DNA of 64,000 bases from an uncultured Chloroflexia bacterium. Its GTDB lineage: Bacteria > Chloroflexota > Limnocylindria > Limnocylindrales > CSP1-4. Both the position numbers and the translations under genes were made by a program. The stretch is taken from contig OY970218.1 of the NCBI GenBank assembly GCA_963713975.1, forward strand, positions 1,760,001 through 1,824,000, given 5' to 3'. This document shows positions 47,401 through 57,071 of the stretch, piece after piece. The notes under the pieces were generated by a model that was not told where the DNA came from, made no database searches, and saw nothing but the letters and a program-made list of their open reading frames with translations. The number at the start of each line of letters is the position of its first letter. The first letter of the stretch is position 1.

Positions 47401-48021
47401 GCCCGGGTCGAGCCGGCAACCCGCGCCATCGGTGCGGCAGCCGCGGTGCTTGAGGCGGACCGCAGCATCACGACGGACGCCAACTGGCCGGCGATGGTAG
47501 TTAGGGTCGAGGCGCTCGCGAAGGACGCGTAGGGCCTCGGCCGGATCGGGTCGGCTCAGGCGGGACAACGCCTCTCTTGCGAGCGGGCTGGACGTCCCCG
47601 GGCCCTGAAGGCCGCATCGCATCTGCGTTTCGTGACCGTCCGACAGCGATGGCGACAGTCCGTGCGGCTGAAGGTCGACGCCGGCGACTACGCGACGGCG
47701 AGGTCCAGAGCCCCAGGAGGTGGCGGCGTCGCCTGGGAGGGTCGTGTCGTCGAGGCCCTCGATCGGCGTGTGGGCCCACCAAGCACCCGGCAGCGCGCAC
47801 CGATCGGGAGGGTGACCCCCAAGTCGACGGATGCTTCTCAGGGTTGTCTCAGCAGCGACTAGCACTGTTGGACCTGCGCCTTGACGAGGTTGCCGAGGCG
47901 CGATGCTGACCCGAAAGGTCGTGCGCCATGGACCTCTGGCTCGTCACCCTCGTCGCGATCGTCGCCATGGTCGCGATCGGCACCGTGGGCGCCGGCTCGA
48001 TCTTCCCGGCCCGGTGACCCC

Positions 48022-48285
48022 ATGTGCACCCGCGGCGGCCGTCCGTTCCCGACGAGACTCTGGCTCAGCTCCCTTGCGGCGATCATCGCCATCGTGGCGG
48101 TCGGCATCGTCATCAACCGTTCCGAGGGTCACGGCGCCTCGCCGATCGTCGATCGGCTGGGCGCGGCGGTGATCGTCACGGCTGCGGTCGCCGTCGCCAA
48201 GCTGGTCGCCGGGACGCGAGCCGCGGCCGTGACCGGCGTCGTGGGGACCGCGATCGCGGTGGTGCTGCTGGTCCACCTCGCGTAG
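48022..48285 (+). CDS. Small hydrophobic membrane protein (possibly a fragment)
   Basis: Three hydrophobic segments; preceded by a 29-aa hydrophobic ORF at 47928-48017. Confidence 0.4.
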   Translation: MCTRGGRPFPTRLWLSSLAAIIAIVAVGIVINRSEGHGASPIVDRLGAAVIVTAAVAVAKLVAGTRAAAVTGVVGTAIAVVLLVHLA

Positions 48286-48301
48286 GCGCCTGGGGACGGC
48301 C

Positions 48302-49069
48302 TCAAGAGGCGGTGACCTTGGATCCCCGGACAGGCACGCCAGCAACGCTTCGAGAGCGCTCGGGCGACCGTGATCCCCTGATCGCGATCTTGAACAGCCA
48401 GACGATCAGGAGTGCCTCTCCGACGAACGTGAACACGCTGATGGTCAGGGAGTAGTCAGGCACGAGGATCGCTCCGAGCGAATCGGCCAGGTATCCGGCT
48501 CCGGCCAGGAGCACGAGGGCCCCGAGGAGCCTCGGGAACGCGACGGATCGGATGAGCAGCACACCAAGCCCGACGAGATGCAGGCCGAAGATCGCGAGGG
48601 CCAGGTCCCAGCCGTTGCCGAACGAGGCGATCGACGAAGCGACCTGGGCTTGGACCTGGGCAGGCGTCAGGGCCGTCGCTTCGGTGCCCTGGAGCAGCTG
48701 CGCGACATCGAGCAGGTTGACGAGCGCGTACGCAAAGACGGCGGCGTAGGCCACCCGCAACCAGGCGACAAGGAGCGCAAGGCTCTCACTCGTCGGCCGA
48801 AGGAGCAGGTACAGGCCCCACGCGACCACGATGTCGAGGATGGCGACGACGAGGAACGCGGCGATTGCGAACCGGAACGATCCCATCGATGCCACGATGT
48901 TCGCGACTGTCGCCGCAGCGTCGGACGGGATGACCAGCGTCTGGAGCACGCCGAAGTTCGCGAAGGGTGCCAGGAGTGCCATGAGCAGCAGGCTCACGGC
49001 GGTGGCCAGCGCAGCGGTGCGGTGGGTGTGATCGGCGGTGGACGGGCTGGTGGTCGTCGGGATGCTCAC
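48302..49069 (-). CDS. DUF4386-like membrane protein
   Basis: A..TVANI, LDIVVAW.LY.LLRP, LAIFGLHL, VGE.LLI.WL motifs. Confidence 0.8.
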   Translation of the reverse strand: MSIPTTTSPSTADHTHRTAALATAVSLLLMALLAPFANFGVLQTLVIPSDAAATVANIVASMGSFRFAIAAFLVVAILDIVVAWGLYLLLRPTSESLALLVAWLRVAYAAVFAYALVNLLDVAQLLQGTEATALTPAQVQAQVASSIASFGNGWDLALAIFGLHLVGLGVLLIRSVAFPRLLGALVLLAGAGYLADSLGAILVPDYSLTISVFTFVGEALLIVWLFKIAIRGSRSPERSRSVAGVPVRGSKVTAS

Positions 49070-49212
49070 GAGGCATCCTCGTCCTTCTTGTCGCCCTTGA
49101 TGAGATGGGAGATCCCCCAGAAGAACACCCCCGTGCCGATACCCGACAGAAAGAACAGCAGCCCGAGGCCGACGGGAGAACCCCAGGCGGCGGGTGCGAT
49201 CAGGAATTCCAT
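49066..49212 (-). CDS. 48-aa membrane peptide
   Basis: GGAAGGAG RBS; MEFLIAPAAWGSPVGLGLLFFLSGIGTGVFFWGI; GTGA overlap with the next gene. Confidence 0.7.
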   Translation of the reverse strand: MEFLIAPAAWGSPVGLGLLFFLSGIGTGVFFWGISHLIKGDKKDEDAS

Positions 49213-49230
49213 GAGTAGCTCCTTCCATTC

Positions 49231-49270
49231 GTACGCTGTAAGGTTTACGCCGTACAGATTACGGTGTAAA
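49231..49270. promoter_or_regulatory. Three TAC-N3-GTA palindromes, putative TetR operators
   Basis: GTACGCTGTAAG, TTTACGCCGTAC, ATTACGGTGTAAA between divergent genes. Confidence 0.7.
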
Positions 49271-49323
49271 GTCGGGGCTGTCAACCCCGTCGGGCGAACG
49301 GGACGGATCCCAGGAGCGAGTCA

Positions 49324-49998
49324 ATGCCTGCGAAGTCACCCACGAAGGCCGAGCAGCGGATCCCGCTGACGCGAGAGCGCGTGCTCCTGGCAGCCATGGA
49401 GCTCGCCGACCAGGGCGGGCTCCAGTCGCTGAGCATGCGCCGCCTGGGCGCGGCGCTCGGCGTCGAGGCGATGGCCCTCTACTACCACGTCGCCAATCGC
49501 GAGGCGATCATCGACGGTCTCGTGGACCTCGTCTTTGGCGAGATCGAGCTGCCACCGGTCGAGGCGGACTGGCGGGCTGCGATGCGCCGGCGGGCGATCT
49601 CGGTGCGGGAGGTCCTGGGTCGCCATCCGTGGGCCATCGGTCTCATGGAGTCGCGCCCCAACGCAGGTTCCATGAGCCTGCGCCACCATGACGCCGTGCT
49701 CGGAAGCCTCCGCTCCAGTGGGTTCACGATCGAGCTGGCCGCGCACGCCTATTCCCTGCTCGACAGCTACATCTACGGGTTCGCGATGAGCCATACGAGC
49801 ATGCCGTTCGACACGGCGGAAGAGGCGGCCGCGGTTGCGGAGAGCATGCTCGCGGCCCTCGACCGCGATGCCTACCCGTACCTGGCCGAGATCACCACCG
49901 AGGTCGTCATGCAGCCCGGCTACGACTACGGCAACGAGTTCGAGTACGGGCTGGATCTCATCCTGGACGGCCTGGAGCGTCGTCGGAACGCGGCCTGA
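49324..49998 (+). CDS. TetR/AcrR family regulator (TetR_C type)
   Basis: [34 protein letters not shown]; [12 protein letters not shown]. Confidence 0.95.
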   Translation: MPAKSPTKAEQRIPLTRERVLLAAMELADQGGLQSLSMRRLGAALGVEAMALYYHVANREAIIDGLVDLVFGEIELPPVEADWRAAMRRRAISVREVLGRHPWAIGLMESRPNAGSMSLRHHDAVLGSLRSSGFTIELAAHAYSLLDSYIYGFAMSHTSMPFDTAEEAAAVAESMLAALDRDAYPYLAEITTEVVMQPGYDYGNEFEYGLDLILDGLERRRNAA

Positions 49999-50135
49999 TC
50001 TCGTTCCGCGGCTTCTACCCGGCCCGGATCCCACCGGAGATTCCGCCGGCGGCAGCGCTCGAGAGGGCGGGCCCCTCTCGTTCCGGGATGCCCTGATCCT
50101 CCAGCCGTGACACGCGGCATCGAGACCCAGGGGAT

Positions 50136-51010
50136 CTAGCGACCGAGGATCTCGACCAGCATCTCGACGAAACGCGGCCCATTGGCATCGAAGGCGAACT
50201 CGACGTTCGGGAGCCCGGCGGGCGTCGGGCGGACATCGCTGATCGTGCGTCCCGCAGCCAGCGTCGACGTCGTCTCGACATCCACCCGGATGTGCCGGGT
50301 CGAGAGCACGGCAGGTTCGATCACGGCGCAGACGGATAGGGCGTCATGTACTGGTGCGGTGGTCGCGCCGGCCATCGGCTGAGTCGCGTTGTACCCGGCG
50401 ATCCGCTGCTCGACGATCGCCGCCGACGCGTTCGCCGCCGCGGTTCCCAGCGCCCGAAGGCGCGCGCAGTCGTCAAGGGAGACGGGGGCGCGATGGGTCG
50501 CGTCGAGCGGCACCATGCGGATGGGACGTCCGCACTCGACGACGATCCGTGCGGCCTCGGGATCCACCCAGCAGTTGTACTCCGCCGAGGCCGTCCTGTT
50601 CCCGCTCTCGTGGAGTGCCACCGGCACGTTCGTCAGGGGCCCGACCGCGACGAGGGTGATGTCGCCCTCGGAGGCCATGTACGTGTCGCACACCCAGTCC
50701 ACCGCATGCTGTGCGCGAGGAGGCGTCCGGGCGGCCGGCAGATCCAGCAGGTCGCGGTGGATGACCGCGGCCATCCCCCGGTCGCCCTGGGGTCGCAGCT
50801 TCGGCGCCGCCATCCCGCCGAAGACGGGGATATCTCCTCGCCCGATGAGGTCGAGCACACGGAGCGTGTTCTCGGTCGTGTAGTCCACTCCGGTGTTGCC
50901 GTTGACGGCGGTCGCCCCGACCAGCTCGATGTCGGGCGACAGCGCGGCCACCATCAGTGCGACCGCATCGTCCGTCCCGGTATCGACGTCAGGATGATCT
51001 TGGTGGGCAT
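50136..51010 (-). pseudogene. Nucleoside hydrolase (IU-NH family) pseudogene
   Basis: ATG 51010 MPTKIIL is out of frame with DVDTGTDD; GPLTN...GNRT..AEYN segment lacks the usual IMGG stretch; LDATH and HD present. Confidence 0.75.
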
Positions 51011-51116
51011 GACGCCAGTCCATTGGTGAGGGCTGGCCCCCGCTGAGGGCGGTCCAGGCGTAGGGGCCACGCCGATCAGCCGGCTGTCCGGCGCTCGCCG
51101 GGCTCTGGGCGTGCGG

Positions 51117-51656
51117 TCAGCTCGGGGTGATCGCCAGCGTGGGGTCGCGTGGGGCTCCAGCCGCCCGCTCGCCGGCCTGTGCCAGCTGGACCCGGCGGAT
51201 CCGGAGCGCCTGGTCGGTGGCCAGCCAGCGGAAGAAGCGTCGATCGGAGGCCGGGAAGTGCGACTGGACGAGCTCCATCGGGACAAGCTCCGGCTGGTCG
51301 ACCATGTATGTGGTCCCTTCGTGCACGATGGTGGCGGACCCCGCCGCCAGGACGTTCTGGAGCCAGTTGGTGCGCGACCCGTAGACGAGCGCGATCACGA
51401 ACCCGCCGTCGACGGCCAGCGCATCGACGGGCGTCTCGTACGGCCGGCCGGAGATCCGGCCGCGGTGCCGGATCACGGCCGCATACGCTCCGTGCGAGCC
51501 CGCCGATCGCATCTGGCGCGGATTGATGATCGAGCGCTGGAGGCGGATGAAGGGCTTGAGCACGAGCGGGGACTTCGCCCGCCAGCCCACGATGAACGCG
51601 AGCGCGATCGCCACGAGCCCGAGGATCAGGATGCCCACGAGGGTTGCCAGTTGCAT
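51117..51656 (-). CDS. Deazaflavin (F420)-dependent nitroreductase family protein with N-terminal TM
   Basis: HRGRISGRPYETPV, LVYG..TNWLQNVLAAG. Confidence 0.85.
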   Translation of the reverse strand: MQLATLVGILILGLVAIALAFIVGWRAKSPLVLKPFIRLQRSIINPRQMRSAGSHGAYAAVIRHRGRISGRPYETPVDALAVDGGFVIALVYGSRTNWLQNVLAAGSATIVHEGTTYMVDQPELVPMELVQSHFPASDRRFFRWLATDQALRIRRVQLAQAGERAAGAPRDPTLAITPS

Positions 51657-51690
51657 GGCCCGAGAAGCTCCTTTGGTCTGTCACACTGAG

Positions 51691-51736
51691 GCTTACGATG
51701 TAAGCCTGTCGGGTATGCTATGACTACACTGTAAGC
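51691..51736. promoter_or_regulatory. Two TAC-N3-GTAAG palindromes, putative TetR operators
   Basis: GCTTACGATGTAAGC (perfect arms) and ACTACACTGTAAGC. Confidence 0.7.
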
Positions 51737-51779
51737 TTGTCAAGGGGCGAGGAGGAGCCGTGTTGGAGGAGGAGCCGGG

Positions 51780-52475
51780 ATGACGAAGCCGCCCACCCGG
51801 GTTCCAAGGCGCCGGACACCGCTCAACCGGGACCGGGTCCTGCGGGCTGCCGTCCGCCTGGCGGACGAGGGCGGCCTCGAGTCGGTGTCGATGCGCAAGC
51901 TCGGGCAGGTGCTCGGGGTGGAGGCGATGTCCCTGTACAAGCATGTGGCCAACAAGGACGATCTCCTCGATGGCATCGCCGACCTCGTCGTGAGCGACTT
52001 CGAGGTGCCGGCGGCGGGCCTCGGCTGGAAACCGGCCATGCGGCGGAGCGCGATCTCCACCCACCAGGCCCTCCTGCGTCATCCATGGGCGAGCGGCCTG
52101 ATCGAATCGCGCCTGAGCGCGGGTCCCGCGAGGCTGCGCTACCTGGATGCCGTGATCGGCACGCTCTCGGCCGCGGGGTTCACGATGCCGATGGCCATTC
52201 GGGTCATCATGGCGCTGGACAGTTATACCTACGGCTTCGTGCTCCAGGAGCTGGCCTGGCCGTTCGATGCGGAGAATGCTCCGGAGCTCGCCGCGAGCTT
52301 CGGGCGGAGCCTGCCAGCGGGCGAATACCCCAACCTCACGGCGATGGCCGAGATGGCGGCGACGGGCCCGGGCGGTGCCTCGGTCGACTTCGAGTTCGGG
52401 CTGGACCTGATCCTCGACGGCTTCGAGCGCCTGCGGGACAACGTCCGGGATGTCGGCGCCCACCCGATAGGATGA
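51780..52475 (+). CDS. TetR/AcrR family regulator (TetR_C type)
   Basis: LNRDRVL.AA..LADEGGL..VSMRKLG..LGVEAMSLYKHV; [11 protein letters not shown]. Confidence 0.95.
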   Translation: MTKPPTRVPRRRTPLNRDRVLRAAVRLADEGGLESVSMRKLGQVLGVEAMSLYKHVANKDDLLDGIADLVVSDFEVPAAGLGWKPAMRRSAISTHQALLRHPWASGLIESRLSAGPARLRYLDAVIGTLSAAGFTMPMAIRVIMALDSYTYGFVLQELAWPFDAENAPELAASFGRSLPAGEYPNLTAMAEMAATGPGGASVDFEFGLDLILDGFERLRDNVRDVGAHPIG

Positions 52476-52497
52476 CGGCCCGCACAGCAGGTCATCC

Positions 52498-53796
52498 GTG
52501 AACCGTCGCGCCCGAGCGTGGCTGGCCCAGTGGGGGCCGGTCCTGCCGCTGCTCCTCGCCGAGGCCACCATCTGGCTCGGCTTCGGTGCGCTGCTGCCGA
52601 TCCTCCCGATCTACTTCACCGAGCACGGCGTTGACCTGCCGACGCTGGGGGTGGTGGTCGCGGCGTGGCCGGCGGCCCGCCTGATCGGCGAGCCCTACTT
52701 CGGCTGGCTTGCGGATCGCGTCGCGCGCCGGCCGATGATGATCGCGGGGCTCCTGCTCGCGTCAGTGTTCGCGGTGCTGCCGCTGTTCCTGGTCGGACCG
52801 ATCGCGTTCATCATCCTGCGGGCGATGTCCGGGATGGCGGCGGCGATGTACGACCCGGCTGCCCGCGCATATATCGTCGATTCCAACCCGCCCGAGCGAC
52901 AGGGCGAGGCCTTTGGCCTGTACGGGGCCGTCCAGACGGGCGGCTTCATGCTGGGCCCGGCGATCGGCGGGGTCGCAGCCGCGATCACGGGCCAGCCGAC
53001 GGTCGTGTTCTGGATCGCGGGCATCACGCTGCTGGTGTCCGCCGTGCTGGTCGCCCTGCTCGTCCCGGAGCTCGAGCACATCACGCCCGAGGACGCGGCG
53101 AAGCTGGCCGTCGCGGCCGAGACCGGCCAGGACGAGGTCGTCGACGCCGCTGGCTGGGCCCGGCCGGTCCGCCTGGTCAACGTCCTGCTCGTCGCCGCGA
53201 TCGCATTCAACGTCGGCAGCTTCTTCGCGGGCGGCAGCTACGAGGTCATCTGGAGCCTGTACCTGACCTCGCTCGGGGCGGACCTCGCCGCGATCGGCCT
53301 CACCTTCTTCTCCTTCGGCCTGCCGCCACTGGTCCTGTCGCCGTTCACGGGCCGCTTCATCGACCGCCAGGGTGGCTTCTGGGCGCTGGTCATCGGCGTC
53401 GCCGGGATCGGCCTGTGTGGGCTCCTGTATCCCCTCGTCCCCGCCATCTGGTGGATGGTGGTGCTCGGTCTCTTCGAGGGAACGGCGTTCGCCCTGGCCT
53501 CGCCGGCGATCTACCTCCTCGCGGCCCGCGCCGCGCCCGCGGGACGGTCCTCCACGGCCCAGGGCCTGCTGGGCGGGGCGGGCACCGTGGGCACGATCAT
53601 CGCGTCGCTGGCGGCTGGCTCTCTGGCGGCGATCGACCTGCGCTATCCGTTCTGGGTCACCGGCCTGGTGACCCTGCTCGCGCTCGCGGTGGGGCTGGTA
53701 CTCGGGCGACGGCACCTGTACGACGCGATGCAGCCCCGCCGCACGCCACAGCGCCCGGACACCGAGCCCAGGCCCGCCCTGGAAGACGTCGCATGA
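52498..53796 (+). CDS. MFS transporter (DHA1-like)
   Basis: GWLADRVARR motif A, GPAIGG, GRFIDRQG; about 12 TMs. Confidence 0.92.
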   Translation: MNRRARAWLAQWGPVLPLLLAEATIWLGFGALLPILPIYFTEHGVDLPTLGVVVAAWPAARLIGEPYFGWLADRVARRPMMIAGLLLASVFAVLPLFLVGPIAFIILRAMSGMAAAMYDPAARAYIVDSNPPERQGEAFGLYGAVQTGGFMLGPAIGGVAAAITGQPTVVFWIAGITLLVSAVLVALLVPELEHITPEDAAKLAVAAETGQDEVVDAAGWARPVRLVNVLLVAAIAFNVGSFFAGGSYEVIWSLYLTSLGADLAAIGLTFFSFGLPPLVLSPFTGRFIDRQGGFWALVIGVAGIGLCGLLYPLVPAIWWMVVLGLFEGTAFALASPAIYLLAARAAPAGRSSTAQGLLGGAGTVGTIIASLAAGSLAAIDLRYPFWVTGLVTLLALAVGLVLGRRHLYDAMQPRRTPQRPDTEPRPALEDVA

Positions 53797-54638
53797 CGGG
53801 CGCGCTGTCGGCCCCCTGGATCCAGGCTGTGCTCGAGGACCGGTTCCCGCAACCGGTTGTGCTGGTGTTGGGCGGCTTCATCACGTCGCCGCCCGTCTAC
53901 CGGCCCTTCGTGCACCGGCTGCTGGAGCACGGGGCCGCCGACGTGGTCGTGGGCAACGTCTGGACGATGGACTGGCTGCTGGCGGCGCGCCGCGGACTCG
54001 GTCCGATCCTCACCCGTTCGGGGCGGGCGCTGCTGACGGCCTCCAATCGTTCGGACGAGCTATCTGGAGGGGCGCCCGTACTCGTCATCGGGCACTCCGC
54101 GGGCGGGATGTCCGCACGGCTGCTCACATCGCCGACGCCGTTCGCCGGGCGGCCGCTCAACGCGGTGACCCGGATCGGGGCCATCGTGACCCTTGGGACC
54201 CCAAACGTGGTCGCACGCACCCCGGGGCTGCGGAACCGCGTCGGCTCGGAGGCGGCTACCTTCGCGAACCGCGTCGTGCCCGGTCCGTGCTTCGCCCCAA
54301 CCACGGGGTACCTGGCCGTGACGTCGCGACGGGTCGTCGGGCGTCGCGAGGGGACCGCGGGGGAGCAGTGGATCTGGTCGCGCTATCGGAGCCTCGCTCC
54401 GGGGCCCGAGCTGGCGGAGATCGAGGGCGATGGCCTGATCCCCGTGCCCTCGGCGCTCCTGCCGGGGGCACCGTCGCTCGTGCTGGACGACGCCGCACAC
54501 GGCCAGTGGATCGGTCGCGACTGGTACGGCTCGGAGCGATTCCTCGCGCGCTGGTGGCCGCTCGCGCTTGCCGCCTGGCAGGGAGCGCTTCGCGCAAGGG
54601 CAGAGCGGGTCTTTGACGGTTCGGCACATCCCCGGTAA
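53793..54638 (+). CDS. Alpha/beta hydrolase (lipase/esterase-like)
   Basis: ATGA overlap with the MFS gene; IGHSAGG, VTLGTP, GDGLIP, H...WYG. Confidence 0.85.
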   Translation: MTGALSAPWIQAVLEDRFPQPVVLVLGGFITSPPVYRPFVHRLLEHGAADVVVGNVWTMDWLLAARRGLGPILTRSGRALLTASNRSDELSGGAPVLVIGHSAGGMSARLLTSPTPFAGRPLNAVTRIGAIVTLGTPNVVARTPGLRNRVGSEAATFANRVVPGPCFAPTTGYLAVTSRRVVGRREGTAGEQWIWSRYRSLAPGPELAEIEGDGLIPVPSALLPGAPSLVLDDAAHGQWIGRDWYGSERFLARWWPLALAAWQGALRARAERVFDGSAHPR

Positions 54639-54641
54639 CGT
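54613..54641 (+). promoter_or_regulatory. Sigma70 promoter for tRNA-fMet
   Basis: TTGACG-N17-TAACGT ending 7 nt before the tRNA. Confidence 0.7.
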
Positions 54642-54648
54642 AGGCCGT

Positions 54649-54723
<75 letters not shown>

Positions 54724-54737
54724 ATATCGCTTCACCT

Positions 54738-54775
54738 GAAACCCCGGGATCCGACCACCCCGGGGTTTCTCCTTT
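54738..54775 (+). terminator. Terminator after tRNA-fMet
   Basis: GAAACCCCGGG/CCCGGGGTTTC stem followed by a pyrimidine run. Confidence 0.75.
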
Positions 54776-54788
54776 CCAGGCAATGAAG

Positions 54789-54822
54789 AAGCCCGCCGGA
54801 ACCATGCGGTCCCGGCGGGCTT
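54789..54822 (-). terminator. Terminator hairpin downstream of the META gene
   Basis: AAGCCCGCCGG/CCGGCGGGCTT stem. Confidence 0.7.
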
Positions 54823-54835
54823 TGTGCTGCCTCGA

Positions 54836-56293
54836 TCAGCCCGGAGGCGTGAAGGTGGAGGCCAGGGTGATCTGGTTGACGACGGCCGCCTCAAGGAGGA
54901 AGACCTCGTCATCCGGTGCCCCGATGGCCCAGATGCCGACGGTTCCCGCGGTCTGGACGTTGGCGAGGCAGGCGTAGCGCGCCTGGCCCGCGGGGATCCC
55001 GGCCGTGTCGGACGCAGCGATGGCCCCGATGCACGTCACCGCCGCCCCGCGGACGTTGAACTCCGACGCGGTTGCCACCGTCCACGCCGCAGGATCCTTG
55101 GCCGAGGCGATCGCGTCCTGGTAGGAGGCGGTGAAGACGTTGGCCATGACCGGGGTGTCGAGCGTGGCCGGATCGTCCGGGACCGTGATCGGCTCCGGGG
55201 CGAAGTACCGGCACGCAAGATCGGCCGGCTCGGTCACCGTGGACCAGCCGCCCGGGTAGACGATCGTCGCGACGACCGGCCCGTCGGCTGGCAGCAGCTT
55301 GCACTTCGCCGTCGGCGGAAGCGAGGCGGGAGGCGATGCCGTGGGCGCGGCGGTCGGTGCCGGCGTCGCCGTTGGCTTGGGGGTGGGCTTGGGGGTCGGC
55401 TCCGGCGTTGGCGAAGCTGTTGGTGCCGGCGTCGCCGTTGGCGTTGCGGTCGGGGTGGGGCTTGGCTTCTCCGTCGGCTCGGCTGTCGCGCTCGGCGCCG
55501 GGCTCGCGCCCGCCTCGACATCCGGCTGCGACCGGGCGAGGGCCACGAGGAGGCCACCGCTGCGATCCGTCAGGCTGAGCGTGGTGCCTCGGGATTCGAT
55601 CATGGCCGCCCCCTGGAGCGCGGCCAGGAATGCTGTCTCCTGCTCCATCAGGGCCTCGTCGCATGCCATGCGGGTCGTGGCCAGCCGGGAGATCCAGACG
55701 ACGTTGCCGTTGGTGCCGTAGGTGCCGCTGAAGGAGTTGCAGCCGGCGAACCCGCCGACGGTGCCGATGCCGAACACGACATCGACCTCGGACCCCTCGA
55801 CCATGCCGACCACGGTGCTGGGCGGGACGCCGTAAGAGTCCACGCGCCAGCGGCCCAGGAGCGGGTTCCGGGGCGCGGCGTCGAAGCGCAGGATCTCGTT
55901 GCGGTCCGCGTCGAAGACGGTCAGCGTGTCCCGGCGCGCGGTGTAGAACCGGCTCGCCTGGAGCAGCTCGAGGTAGCGGGCCTCGAAGGCCATCGTGGCC
56001 TCGTCACAGGCCATCAGGGTCGTGGACGGCGCGGAGACCAGGAGGGTGCGTCCGCCGGCCCGGTAGAGGGCGTTGAAGGTGTTGCAACCGCCGAAGCCCG
56101 TCACGCGGTTCGCGTCGAACTCGGCATCGGCATACAGGGTCTCAGGGATGATCGTGAGGGCGCCGTCCTGGTCGTACGAGCCCAGCACCCAGTGGGTGCC
56201 CTTGAGCTCCCCTCCGGTTCCTGGGCCCGGCGAGCAGGCGGCGATTGTGAAGGCGAGGAGGGCGACGAGCGCCCCGAGCCGCCGGATGGACAT
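54836..56293 (-). CDS. Lipoprotein with two META domains and a Cys-containing C-terminal domain
   Basis: Lipobox IAAC; two GF.GCN.F...Y...TTxMACDEA.M.xE repeats; PT linker. Confidence 0.88.
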   Translation of the reverse strand: MSIRRLGALVALLAFTIAACSPGPGTGGELKGTHWVLGSYDQDGALTIIPETLYADAEFDANRVTGFGGCNTFNALYRAGGRTLLVSAPSTTLMACDEATMAFEARYLELLQASRFYTARRDTLTVFDADRNEILRFDAAPRNPLLGRWRVDSYGVPPSTVVGMVEGSEVDVVFGIGTVGGFAGCNSFSGTYGTNGNVVWISRLATTRMACDEALMEQETAFLAALQGAAMIESRGTTLSLTDRSGGLLVALARSQPDVEAGASPAPSATAEPTEKPSPTPTATPTATPAPTASPTPEPTPKPTPKPTATPAPTAAPTASPPASLPPTAKCKLLPADGPVVATIVYPGGWSTVTEPADLACRYFAPEPITVPDDPATLDTPVMANVFTASYQDAIASAKDPAAWTVATASEFNVRGAAVTCIGAIAASDTAGIPAGQARYACLANVQTAGTVGIWAIGAPDDEVFLLEAAVVNQITLASTFTPPG

Positions 56294-56306
56294 GATGCTG
56301 CCGGCG

Positions 56307-56573
56307 CTACTGGCTCTTCGACGCGACGTAGAGCGCGAACAGGCGCATCGCGTAGCCGACCCCTGCGACCAGGAAGGCCATGAAGATCGGCAGCCCCACG
56401 GCGCTGGCGGAGATGGCCAGGGCCTCGAACATGTTGAACGCATCACGCTGCGCGAGGTCGATCCACCAGATCACGCCCGCGATGACCGCGTAGGCCGTGA
56501 AGACCCAACCCACGATGATGAAGAAGGTGCCGATCGAGGCGAGCCTGCGGGCATCCTTGACGAGCTGGTCCAT
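56307..56573 (-). CDS. Small two-TM membrane protein
   Basis: GGAGG RBS; two hydrophobic helices. Confidence 0.75.
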   Translation of the reverse strand: MDQLVKDARRLASIGTFFIIVGWVFTAYAVIAGVIWWIDLAQRDAFNMFEALAISASAVGLPIFMAFLVAGVGYAMRLFALYVASKSQ

Positions 56574-56693
56574 GAGGTCCTCCGTGATGGCGAGCGTGCG
56601 GAAACGGCTTCAACGATGACCCGAGCCTACCGCAGGGTCGGTGGCCATGGATCACCCGATCGGAGGGCGTGAACGCAGCTGATGCTGTGTGTC

Positions 56694-56722
56694 TTGTCAT
56701 AGTGTGTGACACACACTATAGT
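56694..56722 (+). promoter_or_regulatory. Promoter TTGTCA-N17-TATAGT overlapped by a perfect palindrome (putative PadR operator)
   Basis: ATAGTGTGTG-A-CACACACTAT at 56699-56719. Confidence 0.8.
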
Positions 56723-56729
56723 GCGGGCG

Positions 56730-57071
56730 ATGGACTTCACCGAGATCCTCTCTGGCGGACAGCAGGAGCTGCGTCGCGGCACCGTCGTGCTGGCCTGCCT
56801 GCTGCTGCTGCGCAAGCCGGACTACGGCTATGCCCTCCTGGAGGAGCTGCGCGAGCTCGGGTTCAGCGTGGACGCCAACACGCTCTACCCGCTGCTTCGC
56901 CGCCTCGAGGGCCAGGGGATGCTCGTCAGCGAGTGGAACATCCAGGAGGCGAGGCCGCGCAAGTTCTACCGGATCAGCGCGGACGGCGAACGACTCGCTG
57001 CGGAGCTTGTCGCCGACTGGGGAAGGATCGACGCCTCGATTCGCCGACTTGGCCAGGGAGGTCGCGGATGA
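56730..57071 (+). CDS. PadR family transcriptional regulator
   Basis: ELRRGT, YGY.L, TLYPLLRRLE.QG.L.SEW, RPRKFY. Confidence 0.93.
   Translation: MDFTEILSGGQQELRRGTVVLACLLLLRKPDYGYALLEELRELGFSVDANTLYPLLRRLEGQGMLVSEWNIQEARPRKFYRISADGERLAAELVADWGRIDASIRRLGQGGRG

Noticed and set aside
47401-47900. Coding gene in this stretch
   Set aside because: No frame gave a recognisable or compositionally convincing protein; probably degraded sequence
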